Positions 49,601 to 63,862 of a DNA stretch of 64,000 bases are shown here, one piece after another. The notes under the pieces are model-generated. The model was given only the letters and a program-made list of their open reading frames with translations, had not been told where the DNA came from and ran no database searches. Origin of the DNA: Epiperipatus broadwayi (lineage: Eukaryota > Animalia > Onychophora). The number at the start of each line of letters is the position of its first letter. Positions within the stretch are counted from its first letter, which is position 1. The stretch spans positions 620,001 to 684,000 of the forward strand of contig JAQFVV010000006.1 in the NCBI GenBank assembly GCA_028023455.1, in the 5' to 3' direction. The translations under genes and the position numbers were made by a program.

Positions 49601-51595
49601 GATCAACTTGTTGTCATAGGCGTAGTTTAAATGGAGGAAGGTGTGAAATAGATATTATTTTTATATATCTACCTAGTAAAAAATAATTATTTAATGAGCC
49701 AAAAAACTTGTCCGGGGAATTAAAGCAATATGAGTAATTATTAACAATATTTATTAATTCAAATTATCAACATTAAGTCAAGATTAAAAATATTATCAAT
49801 AATGATACGACTTAGTAGACTTCACCAATTAGAATTGGAAAAAAATTTAGAACAAAAACAAAAATAACAAAAAAAACTTGAAAATCTTGATTTAGTTTGC
49901 TCACATGTGTTCTCACGCAAAGCTGAGTTTTCGCACGAGTTCTCTGCAAAGGTGCTTGTCCCTACTCTTTACCAATTGTTCAAAACTTTGTAAGTTGTGC
50001 ATGGAAGCGCGGCAACGCATTTAAAATTATTACTATGTAATACTATGTCAGCTAGGGTGTAAGATCATTACTTGGAATGTACGTTTCAAAAGTTATGGCC
50101 GGTTGATTTCTAGACACCCTCACCTGATATGGCAGCGATTTGTGAAGTGTGCGCATTTGCAGAGTTTCGCGAAGCACATCAGCAGGTCATAAGATTGGTG
50201 TGCAATGATTCCTAGGCCTGCTAATGGATAATATGAACAGAACTGTTCTAGATGCCGTAAGTTTGGTCGTGTAAACAGCATTTTTATGTGTTTTGGCACA
50301 AAAAAGTGCCTCAGGCGGCTTCTATGCTCTAAAAATAAGTACCATCAAAAGTTTAAAAGTAATAATAGAATAGTTAAGAAATTAGAATGCCGTAAGTGAC
50401 CAGAGTTGGAGTCATGAGTCAAAGCACACAGACCAATAGATTAAAACTGCAAAGAAGATACCCACCAATAGTAGACTCTTTAGACCTTTTTTTTAACAAA
50501 TTAAAAATATTACATGCATCTAAAAAAAAATATCATAATCCTATTAAACTATGGGTAGTATTTTTTATATGATAACATTTTGGAGGACTGTGACTGTAGG
50601 TAAAGATATTTAGTTTACAGAAATTAAAACAATCTTTGTAATCTTAAAAATGGAAAGGCTGATGAGAAAATGGATGAAGTTTAAGACATGGTAGTATGAA
50701 ATTTTTTTAACAATATGTGATTCAAAATTTTACCACTTGTAGTAAGGATGCTTTTATTTTTTTCAACTTAAAATAAAAGTAGATAAATTAGCAGTAATTA
50801 TTGTGGAATATCTCTAATATAAATTTAAACGAAAGTACTTTTTAAGAATTTGTTAATTTAATAGATTGCTTTCAGCCATAGACACATTATACAGCTTCTG
50901 CATGGTGGAATTTAAGTATTCTATTAGCATTTGAAAAAAAAAAAGTTTAACAAGGATATGTACTACCTTGTACTTCATTTTTAATATATTTTTGATGATC
51001 TTTGGCTTCATAAAGCAGTTAGCAAAATAATCGAGATTTGATGGTGGAATTTTTAAATGGAACTAATTATATCTGATGATTCAAAAGTTGATCTGTAGAA
51101 TGTACTTAATATTTTGAAATCAACTTTAAAAACTTTGATTTAATAATTAAAATTCGCACACACACTAAAATTCAAGTCATTGACCAACTACTAGTGATGA
51201 AAGAAAAAATCAGCAAATAGTCTTGTATAGTTACGAAATTGAGAATTTAAGACCTGAATGTGCTGCTCCATTTAACAAAGTAAAGATAGGGAGATCTGGA
51301 TTCCCCTCAACACGAAATTAAAAAAATCAATGATGTTCTATAAATTCTAAAAATATAACATCAAAGGACAAATCACTATCTTCCTTCAGAACATATCATA
51401 GTCTATTACTACTATTGCAAAATATTGTTGTTGGGTTGGATATATGAAAAAATCATTTATGGTGAACAAGAGCACAGCTTTTGCGGGAGAGATAGACATC
51501 ATTTATTTTATAACGATTTCATCAAAAACATTGTAAAGAAATGCAATTTTTTTTTTTCTCATGTGTCATAGCATCAGCCGGATAGCAAACCTGCT

Positions 51596-51652
51596 AACCC
51601 GGGACCCAACTGCTTATAACGCAGGTGTTGCTGACCTCTCGACCACCAATGC
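51596..51652 (-). mobile_element. tRNA-derived SINE 5' fragment
   Basis: On -: GCATTGGTGGTCGAGAGGTCAGCAACACCTGCGTTATAAGCAGTTGGGTCCCGGGTT, with an A-box-like TGGTGGTCGAGAGG and a truncated B-box region. No acceptor stem. Confidence 0.5.
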
Positions 51653-52118
51653 TTGACAAGAGATGCAATATTGCTTGCAATCATTGTAAAAATGAGACAA
51701 AATAGAAAACAATGAAAACCTTAATTATGCAAAGTGTTGAACACTTTTAGAGAAAAAAGACCACAGTAGTATTTAAAAGACACCATCACAAAGGTAATGG
51801 ACCACCATGTCATATATATTTGTGCTTTAAGACTGATTGGCAGTCATCACAAAACTCATCTGTAATGTGTTGATTATTATTGGAATTAAAATAGTCAACT
51901 GTCTACAGGTGACTGACTGCTTCTGTTGATGGGAACTAGAAAACAGTAACCTTTTTAAAAAGTTACAAATATCAAAAGTAAATCAAATGAATTACACATT
52001 AAAAATGAATAAAATACTTTAGAATTTTATTTTAGACTTTGCAGGGTAATAGGAAAAAAATTTATAGCATAACACAATTTTGCATTGTAAAATATGTCAT
52101 GCCTTCATAGCTAGTATA

Positions 52119-52975
52119 TTAACTCAATGACAATTTGCAACGACAACGCAATGTTGAAGTATTGTATTCTTTTTAAAATTGCATAAAAACTACAAGTATG
52201 ACGTCAACAGAAATCCCAGCATTCATTGCTACTTTAAAATCTCTTTTTAATGGCATATATCTTGTTGGAATCTGATAAAATTTGAATTTTTTATGAATTT
52301 TTATGTTAATAGATTCATTTAATTTTTTTATTATTTCTGCTCAGTTTACTAGTTTCATGGATAAGATAAAGGCAGGAATTTTAAAAATGACCAAAGAGCC
52401 TACTAAAATGGATTAAAAATGCGTTGATAATTCACATTCCAAGGCCATCGAAACATAATCAGAATATCGAAAGTATTAAAATTTTTTATTTATTTCAATA
52501 GTAAATTATTTGATAAATGGTATGTTTACTTTTGTATGGGTGTCTGTGTAGTATATAAATTATATAATATTAAATCATTTATGCTCTTTATTATACATAT
52601 ATAAATATTTGTATTCAAATAGAACAGAAGTAGTTTGTAATTTTGGAGCTCTGATCTAAGTTTAGGCAACCTTATTTTATAGACATAATAATTCTCAGAA
52701 AGTTTAATAATTTATTTTACTATGTTTACATTTATATTACTGTCTGTGTTTGCAGTTGCAGTTCTGTGTTTATATAAAAAGTAATGTCTATATAAATAAA
52801 ATTAAGGTATTTTAGAGCAGTATGTAAATTTTAGGACTGGTTATCAAATATAAAAAAATTTTGCAGTTGACAAAGCAAACACAAAATTTACTGGGCATAG
52901 TACCATGTGAAAATATCAACACTTAAAACCAATAGAGATTTCAAAATAGTTATGTATATACCACCTTAAGCTGTA
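52119..52975 (+). repeat. Interspersed repeat family, partial copy A
   Basis: Aligns with 61608-62450 (ttctttttaaaattgcataaaaactacaag.atgac.tcaacagaaat.ccagcattc... through ...actgggcatagtaccatgtgaaaa). Starts TTAA-CTC. Confidence 0.9.
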
Positions 52976-54049
52976 AATGGATTTTTAAAAAATGTAACGA
53001 TTCTCTTTTGACTTAATACTGACTTGAACTGAAATTAAATCATTTCACTTTAATAATCATAATAGATAATTTATTGTATTTAAAATAAAAGTATTTGTAG
53101 ATAAAACTATCAGATTTAGATAAAAAAATTATTGTAAACAAATTAAATAAAATATTTTGTTAATTTTTATTGCAACACGTTTAAAAAAATATATATTTTA
53201 AAGAAAAAAATAATGCTTATACAAAGATTTGTTTACAATTAATGTATAATGAATATATATATATAAATTAATGGGCAATTGATGTACAGTACTGCAGTAA
53301 AATTACATAACTATTTAATATATTTATTATTTTAAAATATATTTTACATTCCATTTCAAGATAATTTTTAACAATAATTAACATCAATTCTATCAGTCAC
53401 TCAAAGATCAAAACATTAATCACAATAAAATAAATTAAGTTATAAAATAATCAAATATAATCAGTTATTTGCAAATTATTTATTATAATTATTTTTAATC
53501 AATTTTTTGTCTTCCCATCAGAGCCTTTCAATGAAGATAATTTTTACATATTTTAGATAGAGACATGGGGGGGGGCATTTCAATTTTTGTAAGTCCTTAA
53601 TTATTGCTACATGTCCTTTTCAATCAGTAAAATTATTAATCCAGTAAGTCTAATATATCACAAGTATAATATTGAAGTTATAATTCTAGTAATATATATA
53701 TATAGACACAAGTGATCCATTAATCCAACCCGATTTTCAGGCTGTTTTTTTTAGTTATTATTGGCTTTGGCAATAAGAAACACTGGATTGCGCATATCAA
53801 ATTAACTACTATCTTTACTTATACTACAATTTTCAAATCAAACAGTCGCAACCTGCCTATTTAAGCAACCTGCCTATTTAGCTACATAGATCGAACAATA
53901 TATAAGTGTGTACTACTTTGGGATGTTATTAGAGGACCTGATTATTCTATGCTAAAAACTAAGTGTAATCTTTTTTTTCCTTCTTATGCAATTAATCATC
54001 TGAGATCATCAACATAATAAAGACTGTTTGCCTGTGGCATAAAAGTGGA

Positions 54050-57000
54050 TAATAAATTGTGATTAAGAGAGATAGATTTAATTGAATTTGGAAAGATCGG
54101 GAATTGATAATGTTTCGAAAGTGCTTCCTTTGCCATTTTAAATATAAAAGTTTAAAAAAAAAAAATTATTTTCTTGGGTGTGTGTTAATGTAAGGATATT
54201 TTATAATTAAGTTGTATGTAAGATATGTTGTTTTTTAGTAAGTTTACTATATAGTAAAGATTTTTTTTTTTTTAATTTAAGAAGAGTGATTTATTTGAGA
54301 AAAAAGATAACATTATGGAGGCCTATGGTCAGAAAACATGTGGCTATCGATCAATCAATCGGTTTTGAAAGAGAGTAAAGTTTTTATCCTTCCGTGCAAA
54401 AGGATGTGAAGAGTAGGAGAGGAAGTATAAAGTGAAATATAAAGTAGGTAATTTGGAAAATAAGAAATATGGATTGCATTTGCTTTCCACAATGAGTATA
54501 TAATCATCAGAAAGAAATTAGGCGTGCTATGGTAGAGTGTCCGTATGTGAAAGGGATTATCATTTGAAATGTTTAAATAAGACTATGAAGGATCTAACAG
54601 GTTTATGGTGATGTAGACAGTGTGTAAGGTGATAATAGAGGTGAAAAAGTGGTTTCTAAGTGTAGATAGTCTAAAGAGAAAGTTAGGAGAAATGTGAGAA
54701 AGATAGGATAGGGTCTGGTTTTTCGTGGAGTGTTGGGAGATATGGATGGATAAATTAGTAGTGAAAATGGAGATGATTAGCCATAGAGTAAGAAAGATAG
54801 AGTAAGAGATAAAGGATATGGAAGCAAAATAAAAATCGTTAGACAAAGTGTGAGCAGATAAAGGAATTAGTGAGTAGGAATGATAAAGGAAGTCCAGAAA
54901 GTGGTAGAGAAGGTTATGAGAATGAAACAGAGACAAAGTAGACTATGAGACAGTATTGATAGGAGATTCACTAATTAGAGAAGGTGAAAATATAACTGCA
55001 AGAGAAAATAGAAACAGGTATTTAAGAGTATGTTTGCCTGGAGCTAGAATTAGGGATGTTACAGATAAAGTAAAGAAGCAAGAGAATAGAGATGTGGATG
55101 TTATGGTAGGGACTAATAATTTGTTAGAACCATCAGAGAGAATAATGGATGAGTACATTCAATTGATTAGGAATTTGAGTAAGATTAAAGGAAGAGTAGA
55201 AAAAGTTGGCTTGTTAAAAAGATTTGAAAAGAGATATATGTTAAATGGAGCATGTTCTATAAATGAGAGATTGAAAAATTTGAGAGAAATGATGTTATGT
55301 TAGGGATTTTTTTATTGGAAAGAGAGAGTTATATAGTAAAGATATATTGCACTTAGGAAAACAAGGAAGTGAAAGTTTAGGGAGTCTGATTTATAAAAAA
55401 TATAGCTTGGGAAACTTATAAAGGGGGGTGGAGGTTTAAATTGCAGTGTTATGAGAAAGAAGAAGAATGCACTGGATGTAAAAAATAAACAAAGGATAGC
55501 TAATTTAGATATAAATGTAGATGTGGAGAAGAAATGGGTCTGTAAAATTAATGGTAAGCAAGTTATTTATAAATGCAATAGAGAGTAGTTAGGAAAAAGA
55601 AATTGTTAAAATTGGTTATTTGAATATGCAAGGTGGTAGGAGACTAAAAAAATGGCTGGAATTAAACAATGCAATTAAAAATGAAGAGCTCGAGGTATTA
55701 GCCGTAGTGGAAAGAGCTCGAGGTATTAGCCGTAGTGGAAACACATCTAAGAGAAGAAGAACCTATTCTAGAAGACTTGGTATGGCAGGGTATAAATAGA
55801 AAAGAAAAAAAGCGGTGGTGGTAGATACTATTAAATGTCAAGACTTCGAGATAAAATTTAGGAAAGAACAAGAATGGATGGTGACTTTAGTGTATATAGC
55901 TACTGGATGTAGTCAAACTAATAGAGTGGAACAGTAGCATATATAAATGCCTAGTTAAGGATATACAGAGTTTCAAAGAAATGGGGAAGAATATAATGGT
56001 TATAGGAGATATGAATGGGCATACTGAAGAAATTGATGATGTAGGTAATAAGAATGGACAGCTTTTGAGCATTGGAAATTTATCAAATATTTATGAAGAA
56101 CACTACACATTCCACATAAAAGATTATGTATTAGTAGAAAAAGAGGGAATGAAAAAAGTATGGAAAATTAAAGTGTTTGATAATAAAGAGAGTGTGTAAT
56201 AGTGATCATAACTTCTTTATAATAGAAATGGTTAGTAATGTGATAGAAAATAGAAATAAAAATGATAGTGAAAGATGTGGATGGAAAATGAGTAAGTTAG
56301 AAGAGTATAAAATAAAAGATGAAGAAACCATGGAAGAGTTGGCTGGGGATGAGTATAAGGACTGGTGTGGTTAAATAAAGAAAGTGGCAAATAGAATTTT
56401 AGGTGAGAATATTCAGAAGAATAAAAGTAATAAAAATATGAGTTAGTAAAAATATAAAAGAGAGAAAAAAAGCATGCAGAGAATGTAAGTGTGCTATTAA
56501 GAACAAAGAAAGTGAAATGGGAAAAGTACTTAGAAAAAAAGAAGTTAGCTAAAGTAGAAACTGAATAGTAAATTGTTGGAGAATATTAATAAAAGTGGAA
56601 GAGATGGGAGTAAAAAAAATTTTAAATACATTAAAAGAAGGAATGTAGGAGGGGAGAGATAGTATTACTAGATGATGAGGGAGTAGTGAATAGCTCTAGA
56701 GAAGAATTATATTATATTAAATAAGTATGTAATGGGTACAGAAAAGATGTTAGATGTGAAGGACTGAGTGTTGGCAAATAAGAAAGCGTATAGTAATGGG
56801 AATATTAAGTTTACAGAAAATGAAAAAATTGAAAAGTGGAAAAGCAAGAGGTTTAAATGGACGGGCAGCAGAGATGGTAATGAAATTTAGGGCGTAAGGC
56901 AAAAGTAAAATTATCATGTTTTAATAAGATGGAGCAGAAGAGATTTTCCAGATAGTTGTAATAATACAAGAGTACGGCTACTATTTAAATGGTAAGGATC

Positions 57001-58810
57001 ATAGAAAGTTAAACAATTATAGACTGATAGCGGTAACATCAGTTTTATATAAAGTTTTTTCATATATGGTGGATGGAACAAAATAATATAGTGGGAAGAA
57101 TGCAAGGAGTTTTTCGATTGGATAGGCATATAGCTGATAGTTTATTTGTTGTTACACAACTTATGGATATGAGTAGGTATACAGGTAGACAATTATATAT
57201 GGCTTTTATAGATTAGATATAGAGAAGGCGTATGACAGAGTAAATAGAAAATAGATTATGGGTAAGTTTAGTAAATTTGGGAATGGATGGAGCTTTAATG
57301 GTTATTAATAAGAAATTATATGAAAATAATTACCAATTAGAGAATATGCTTATGTCATCTAGTTTGTTTTTGTTGTATTTGAGAGAAGTGGAGAGAGCAA
57401 TAGAAAAACTAGAAAGAGATACCATTAAGAGGTGAAGGTTATATATTATCGGGTCTTTTATTTGCAGATGATGTCTTTTTGTGCGAAAAAAGGGAACGTA
57501 TAGAAGTTATGCAGAGGACATGTGCAAGAGTGGGTATAGAGATGGGGTTTAAGTTTAGTAAAGAAAAATCAAAAATATGATTAATACTGGGGAAAAAGAA
57601 GACAAAGAATTTTTGTTGGGGGATATAAGGTTAAATGTGGTGAAAAGATATAAGTATTGGGGAATAGTCTTAAGTAATCAGAAAAATTGCTTGGATGAAT
57701 GGGAAGAAAAATTGATAAATGAAGCAAAGAAAAGGATTGATAAAAAAATTAAGTGTTTTCATATAATATGACAAACTAGAATTGCATAAAAGGGAGTAAC
57801 GGTAGTAGGGTTAACATATGGCAACGATGCATTATAGTGTTAGTAAAGGACTATTAGATTACTTTTTTTGGAAAAAGTACAAAAAGTAGGAAGACATGCA
57901 TTAGATGCAGATATGTAGATGGCAAAGGAGGCAATTCGAGGAGAAATGGGATAGTCAGGTTTTTATATGAGATGCAAAAAGCAAAATGAAAATGTTCAGT
58001 AAATTGCAGTTTATGGATAATAAAAAAATAGCCAATATATTATTTAATTGGGTTATGAAAACATACGGCAATGGTGCATTATATATATAGTAAAGGAGTA
58101 TTAGATTACTTTTTTAGGAAAAAGTACAGAGAAGTAGGAAGACATGCATTAGATGCAGATATGTAGACGGCAAAGGAGGCAATTCGAGGAGAAATGGGAT
58201 GGTCAGGTTTTTATATGAGATGCAAAAAGCAAAATGAAAATGTTTGGTAAATTGCAGTTTATGGATAATAAAAGAATAGCCAATATAGCACTTAATTGGG
58301 TTATGAATAAAGGGCAGGTAACAAGATGGGTGAGACAGGTAATGCCATATGCAGAAGATTTGGATAAAGAATTTATGACAGTATACTTGTACAAAAGGTG
58401 GGATGACTGTGTTAGAAGAATTGTTAAGTGTTATAGTGGTAAGGAAGGGGATAGAAAAATAGATGCATTAATAGAGAAATAATAATATCAAGAAAAGTAG
58501 TTTACTGTTTAAGGCTCGAACGGGATTTTTAGCAACAGGGGATTATATACATAAATGGAAAAATGTGGGTGATTTAGTCTGCAAGTTGTGTAAGGAAGGC
58601 ATAGAAAATATTAGGCATCTGTTAATTGAATGTAAATGCCTGAAATTTAGACATAAAGGCCATGGAGTTGACAAAGATTATGTTGTGGAAATGGGATGGA
58701 GCAGGATATGGGGAAATTGGGGGGGGGGGGAATAGTTAAGATTTCTCTGGACATAATTGCCGAGTTTCCTGACTTCGTATAAGGAGAAGTCGCAGTGCAT
58801 CACATCACAC
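54050..58810 (+). mobile_element. Near full-length decayed LINE: ORF1 PHD + SGNH esterase; ORF2 APE-RT-CCHC
   Basis: PHD CIC...VECP.CERDYHLKC...W*CRQC (54469-54625); IGDSLIR..CLPGARIRDV..VMVGTNN (54956-55303); APE GYLNMQG, VIGDMNGH, DYVLV, SDHN (55610-56215); RT IEKAYDRVNR, GLLFADDV, YKYWG (57215-57665); CKLCKEGIENIRHLLIEC (58580-58633); (CATCA)n tail. Antisense to 14-3-3. Confidence 0.9.
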
Positions 58811-59167
58811 ATCAACATCCCATTTAAACTTAATAGCTTGAAAAACTATTAGATGGCTCTGTGCAATCTATTGCTCTCATTAATAAACATCAATAACCAG
58901 ACAGTAATCCAAAAATCTGTGTGCTTTGTCATTTGCTACCTAATCATTATTCATGCTCCTGTAGATGGTTAATTTGAATTACTGTTTAGAAAACAGATTA
59001 ATATTTACATGAATTTATGTCATTAAATGACAATAGGCAAAGAATTCATACTGGTATTGGAAAGTAGCAGCTCTATTATATTTTTTTAAATTATTTTTTA
59101 TTAAAAAAAAATACATTTTTGTGCTACTTAAAATTACAAGAGAAAAAATCTTTTATAATATACTTAC

Positions 59168-59274
59168 ATTTTGTAATAGAAAACTTTGGATTCTCCGGTC
59201 GTAGCAGCTGGAATTAGATGTTTATCCAAAACGTCTAAAATATCCTGACAAATATCTCGCAATTCAGATTCAAC
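59168..59274 (-). CDS. YWHAE: 14-3-3 epsilon internal coding exon (107 nt; upstream exons beyond window end)
   Basis: Reverse strand: tttAG acceptor and GTAAG donor. Translates [35 protein letters not shown]+at. Confidence 0.97.
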
Positions 59275-59749
59275 CTAAATAGATATATATAGACATAAGA
59301 AAATTAATTATATTTACAATAATATTGATAATTTTGATAAAGTTACATATAAATTCATTCTAAACACTACATTTGTTAAAAAAAAAAATATTAAATAAAT
59401 GGTCTAAAAAATAGATATGACATTTAAAAACAAATGGTCATATGATTAAAAAAGCCATTAGGAAATATCTCTTCGCGAAAAATTGTTATCTAGGAAAATA
59501 TGCAAGAATAAAAAAAAATTTCCACCAAAGCAAAGCTCTTTAGCTTCATTATATAAATAAAATCATATGGAAATATAAAATGTAAACATAAATAAATCAG
59601 TTCCAAACACAACCTTAACTTTCGACCTAAAAAAAATAATAATTATCTGCACTCCCTTTTCTCCTAATATCCATCGTTTAACCTGCTTATTTAACATTTC
59701 ACAGGTAATATTGTGATTGCTGCACACCACGTCCGATTTGTTGAAATTA

Positions 59750-61440
59750 AAATTCCTTTCGTTTTCTTTTTAAAACTCAGGGAAATCCACTACGAAGATG
59801 TTTAAAAAAATTCAGCATCCTCTTAAGTTTTGAGTTTTTTTAAAATGGCATATGGCATTTTAAAATCGGACAAAATTCGGATTTTTTAGTAATAGTTTCA
59901 TTTCATTTTTTTTTTCTGCTCAGTTTACTAGATTGCACGAAGAAGACAAAAGCAGAATTTTATTATCGGGGCGAGAGTGCTTAATAAAATGGATTCAAAA
60001 TTTTCCCAATAATTTACAATAAATGTAAAGTAATTATTCAATTTTAATTTTTTTTTTATTTGAACATTTTTAATTTTATTATTTGATGAATGAATAATTT
60101 ATTGTCTTTGCGTTTGTATTAGTGTGTAGTATATAAATAATACTTCTATTCAAATATAACGAAAATAGTGATTTATGTACAATGTAATTTTGGACTCTGA
60201 TCCCATGTTAGTATTCAAATATAATAAAAGTAGTGATTTATGTACAATGTAATTTGGGGGCTCTGATCCAATTTGAGGCAACCGTATTTTATAATTTTAT
60301 ACACATAATGATTCTCAAAAAACGGTTTAAATAATTTATTAAGGTGCTTATATTTGTGTTAGTGTATTTGTACTTGCATGTCTGTGTTTGTATAACAAGC
60401 AATGATTTTTTATATATAAAATTAAGCTATTATAGAGCAGTGCAATGTAAACATTATGACTGGTTATCAGATAAACAGAAAGGTTGCAGTTGGCAATGCA
60501 ATGTAAATTTTATAACTGGTTATCAGATATACAGAAAGGTTGCAGTTGATAAAGCAATCATAAAATTTACTAGGCATAGTACTATGTGAAAATATAATCT
60601 CTTAAAACCAATAAAGAAAGATTTCAAGTGGTGTGTATGAAGATAGCTACAATGGTTATGTATACCACATGAAATTGTATGCAGGCAAAGAGTCAAATCT
60701 TGATTCTTACCTATGCCTTGATACTCATGCTGTGGAGTCAGTAGTTTTGTCACACCTTGCATCACATTATTTTCCAAGTCTATAGCTAGCAAATGAGCTA
60801 TATGCAAATAAATTATATATCTGTGGGACAATAAATATACCAAGATAGCATCATTAATGTCAACAAAAAATATATAATGAAGTGAAGAGACTCATTTTAT
60901 CATTGATAAAGACAATAGTTTTAGATCGAAAGGAGCCAATTGCTATGATTACAAATGCATATCCATCTTCTGAAGATTATTTATTTTGTATCTTTTATTA
61001 GGAAGAATCTTTTTTCTTATAAATGTCTTAGAAATTTTTTAACTTCTGAAATACAAGAAAATGACAAATTTTTATCGTTCTTTTGTAAGTTCTGAAGCTA
61101 TGGATTATCTCAGGTAAAAATATGTTTCGAATCGGAATTTTGTGAGGAATACAAAGAAATTATCAATGAAGGTATAATTTTAAACTTAGTTAATTAGAAA
61201 TTATAAACAAACATTAAAATAATAATTTTTTCGGATATTGAGATTTCTCCCCCCCCCCTACTTTTTTAATGGTAATCACTACTTTTCATAGCCATATTTA
61301 TTTAACTTAGTTTTTCTATTTTCTGTCAATATATAGCATTTTGTTCTAACATTATTAAAATTGAAGTTATTGCGAGAATTAATCTCAAATTATTTTTTTT
61401 TTAAAATTCAATATGGTACTCAACATTGCAAAACAGTTAA
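59750..61440 (+). repeat. Interspersed repeat family, copy B
   Basis: Colinear with 61608-63132 (ctctgatc...ggcaacc.tattt, tgtatgcaggcaaaga.tcaaat, ggagtcagtagtttt, ttttgtgaggaataca). Ends ...AAAACAG-TTAA. Carries an internal ~64-bp duplication near 60145-60270. Confidence 0.9.
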
Positions 61441-61607
61441 TGGACAGACTTCAATCTACTCCGTCCTCCAACTATTCACAGACATCCACACCATTGAAAA
61501 TCCGATGATGGAAAGCCCAAATACCTTGCTGATGTTAGTATTATTGGGATGACCATATTGGAGAGTGAAAAGATTGAAGCCTATCCATTAAAGTTCGATT
61601 TGCTATC

Positions 61608-63132
61608 TTAAAACTCAACGAATTTGCAGCAGCAATGTAGCACCGCGGCAGCGCTTTGCTAAAGTTTTGTTCTTTTTAAAATTGCATAAAAACTACAAGC
61701 ATGACATCAACAGAAATTCCAGCATTCGTTGCTCCTTTTAAAGCTCTTTAATGACGTATATTTTGTCGAAATCAGATAATTTTTAATTAATTTTTTTGTT
61801 AATAGATTCATTTAATTTTTTTTTCTACTTAGTTTTCATGGAGAATATAAAGGCAGAAATTTTTAAATGGCCAAAGAGGCTTCTAAAATGGATTAAAAAT
61901 GTGCCGATAATTTGCATTTCAAGGCCTTTGAAACGTAGTCAGAATATCGAAACACAAAAGTATTAAATTTTTTTATTTATTTCAATAGTAAATTATTTGA
62001 TAAATGGTATGTTTACATTTGTATTGGTGTCTGTGTTATATATAAATTATATATTAAATCATTTATGCTCTTTATTATACATATATAAATTTGTATTCAA
62101 ATAGAACAAAAAGTAGTTTGTAATTTTGGAGCTCTGATCTAAGCTTAGGCAACCTTATTTTATGGACATAATGATTCTCAAAAGGTTTAATAATTTATCT
62201 TATTATGTTTATAGTTGTATTTTATTGTCTTTGTGTTTACAATTACAGGTCTCTGTTTATATAACAAGTAGTGTCTATATATATATATAAAAATATAGGT
62301 ATTTATAGAGCAGTACAATGTAAATTTTAGGACTGATTATCAAATATACAGAAATTTTGCAGTTGACAAAGCAATCACAAAATTTACTGGGCATAGTACC
62401 ATGTGAAAAATATATACTGTGTGTGGAGATAACCACAATGGTTATGTATATACTACATTGAATTGTATGCAGGCAAAGAATCAAATTCTGATTCCTGCCT
62501 ATGCCTTGGTACTCATGCTGTGGAGTCAGTAGTTTTGCCACATTTTGCATCACCTTATTTCAAGTCTATAGCTAGCAAATGAACTATGTGCAAATAAATT
62601 ATATCTCTGTGGGACAATAAATGGTATATAACAAGATAGCATCACTGGTGTGCATAAAGAATGTAAACATCACTGATATACACAAAAAGTATATAAAATG
62701 AAAAGATGAAACTCATTTTATCAGTGATATAGACAGTAGCCTACAATTTATAGTTTTAGATAGACAAGAAGGCAATTGCTATGATGACAAATGTATATCT
62801 ATCTTCTGGAAATGATTTGTATCTTTTATTAGGATGAATCTTTTTCTTATAGATGTTTGAGATTTTGAAGATAATTTTGTGAGGAATACAAAAAAATTAT
62901 CAATGAAGATGTAATTTAAACTTAGTTAATGCTAAATTAGAAATTATGAACAAACAATAAAGTAATAATTATGTTGGATGTTGAATTTTCTTTTTTTGTT
63001 TCCTTATTTTTTAATGGTAATCACTATTTGTCTTAACCTCTAACATTATTAAAGCTAAAGTTATTGTGAAAATTGTGTCTCAAGCCATTTTTTAAAAATT
63101 TAATATGGCGCCAATGGTAATAAACTAGTTAA
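61608..63132 (+). repeat. Interspersed repeat family, copy C (TTAA-bounded)
   Basis: Begins TTAA-AACTCAACGAATTTGC and ends ...AAACTAG-TTAA. Homologous to copies A and B. Confidence 0.9.
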
Positions 63133-63862
63133 TATAAACCGAACACTAATTATATTATGTGTATGGAAGATGACCTGGATCAACCGATGAAAGGTTGTTC
63201 AGCACGAAATATGTATATTGGAGATCATTTATCTGTGTTCAAATCCCCTATAATTACATGTAAACTCCAAGTATACTTGTATGCAAATATTAAAGATAAA
63301 ATTACAACATTATTTTTAAAAGATCAAATTAGTTGGTAGCTTGTGCAACTGTCCATATCTGAGCATAAAATTAGTATATATTGTAACGGTATGAAAAGTA
63401 AAACTGCTTTAACCTAACCTAAAGATGCAGATAGAGGGGGTTCGAATCTCACCTACTCCTCCAAATTGCTCCTAAGCGACTAACTCCCAAACATCACTAG
63501 AATTCATTCTTTATGTATGACCGGTGGTCAGGGAGAGATGAGATTCCAAAGGGGAATTTTAACAAAGAAAAATCAGGTTTAAACTATATAAAAAAAAACA
63601 CAGACAATTCAATATATAATTGGATTAGTGAATGCCATTTTTATTAGTTGAAACAACAATAGAAAAGACAATATGAAGACTAAAAAAATAAAAAATGTTG
63701 CAAGTTATTTTCTTGCATCTACAAACAGATATGTATAGATATACATTAGTAAGATCCATTTTATGTATTTTAAACAATTGTATTGTAATTACATAACAAC
63801 ACCCCACTTAGCCAACAACTGGGTGCTTTACTTTAAAAGAGAGACAGAAAATAACTCTAGGG

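Noticed and set aside
63415-63460. GGTTCGAATCTC B-box, possible tRNA gene
   Set aside because: No cloverleaf or acceptor stem and no recognisable A box; at most a SINE remnant.
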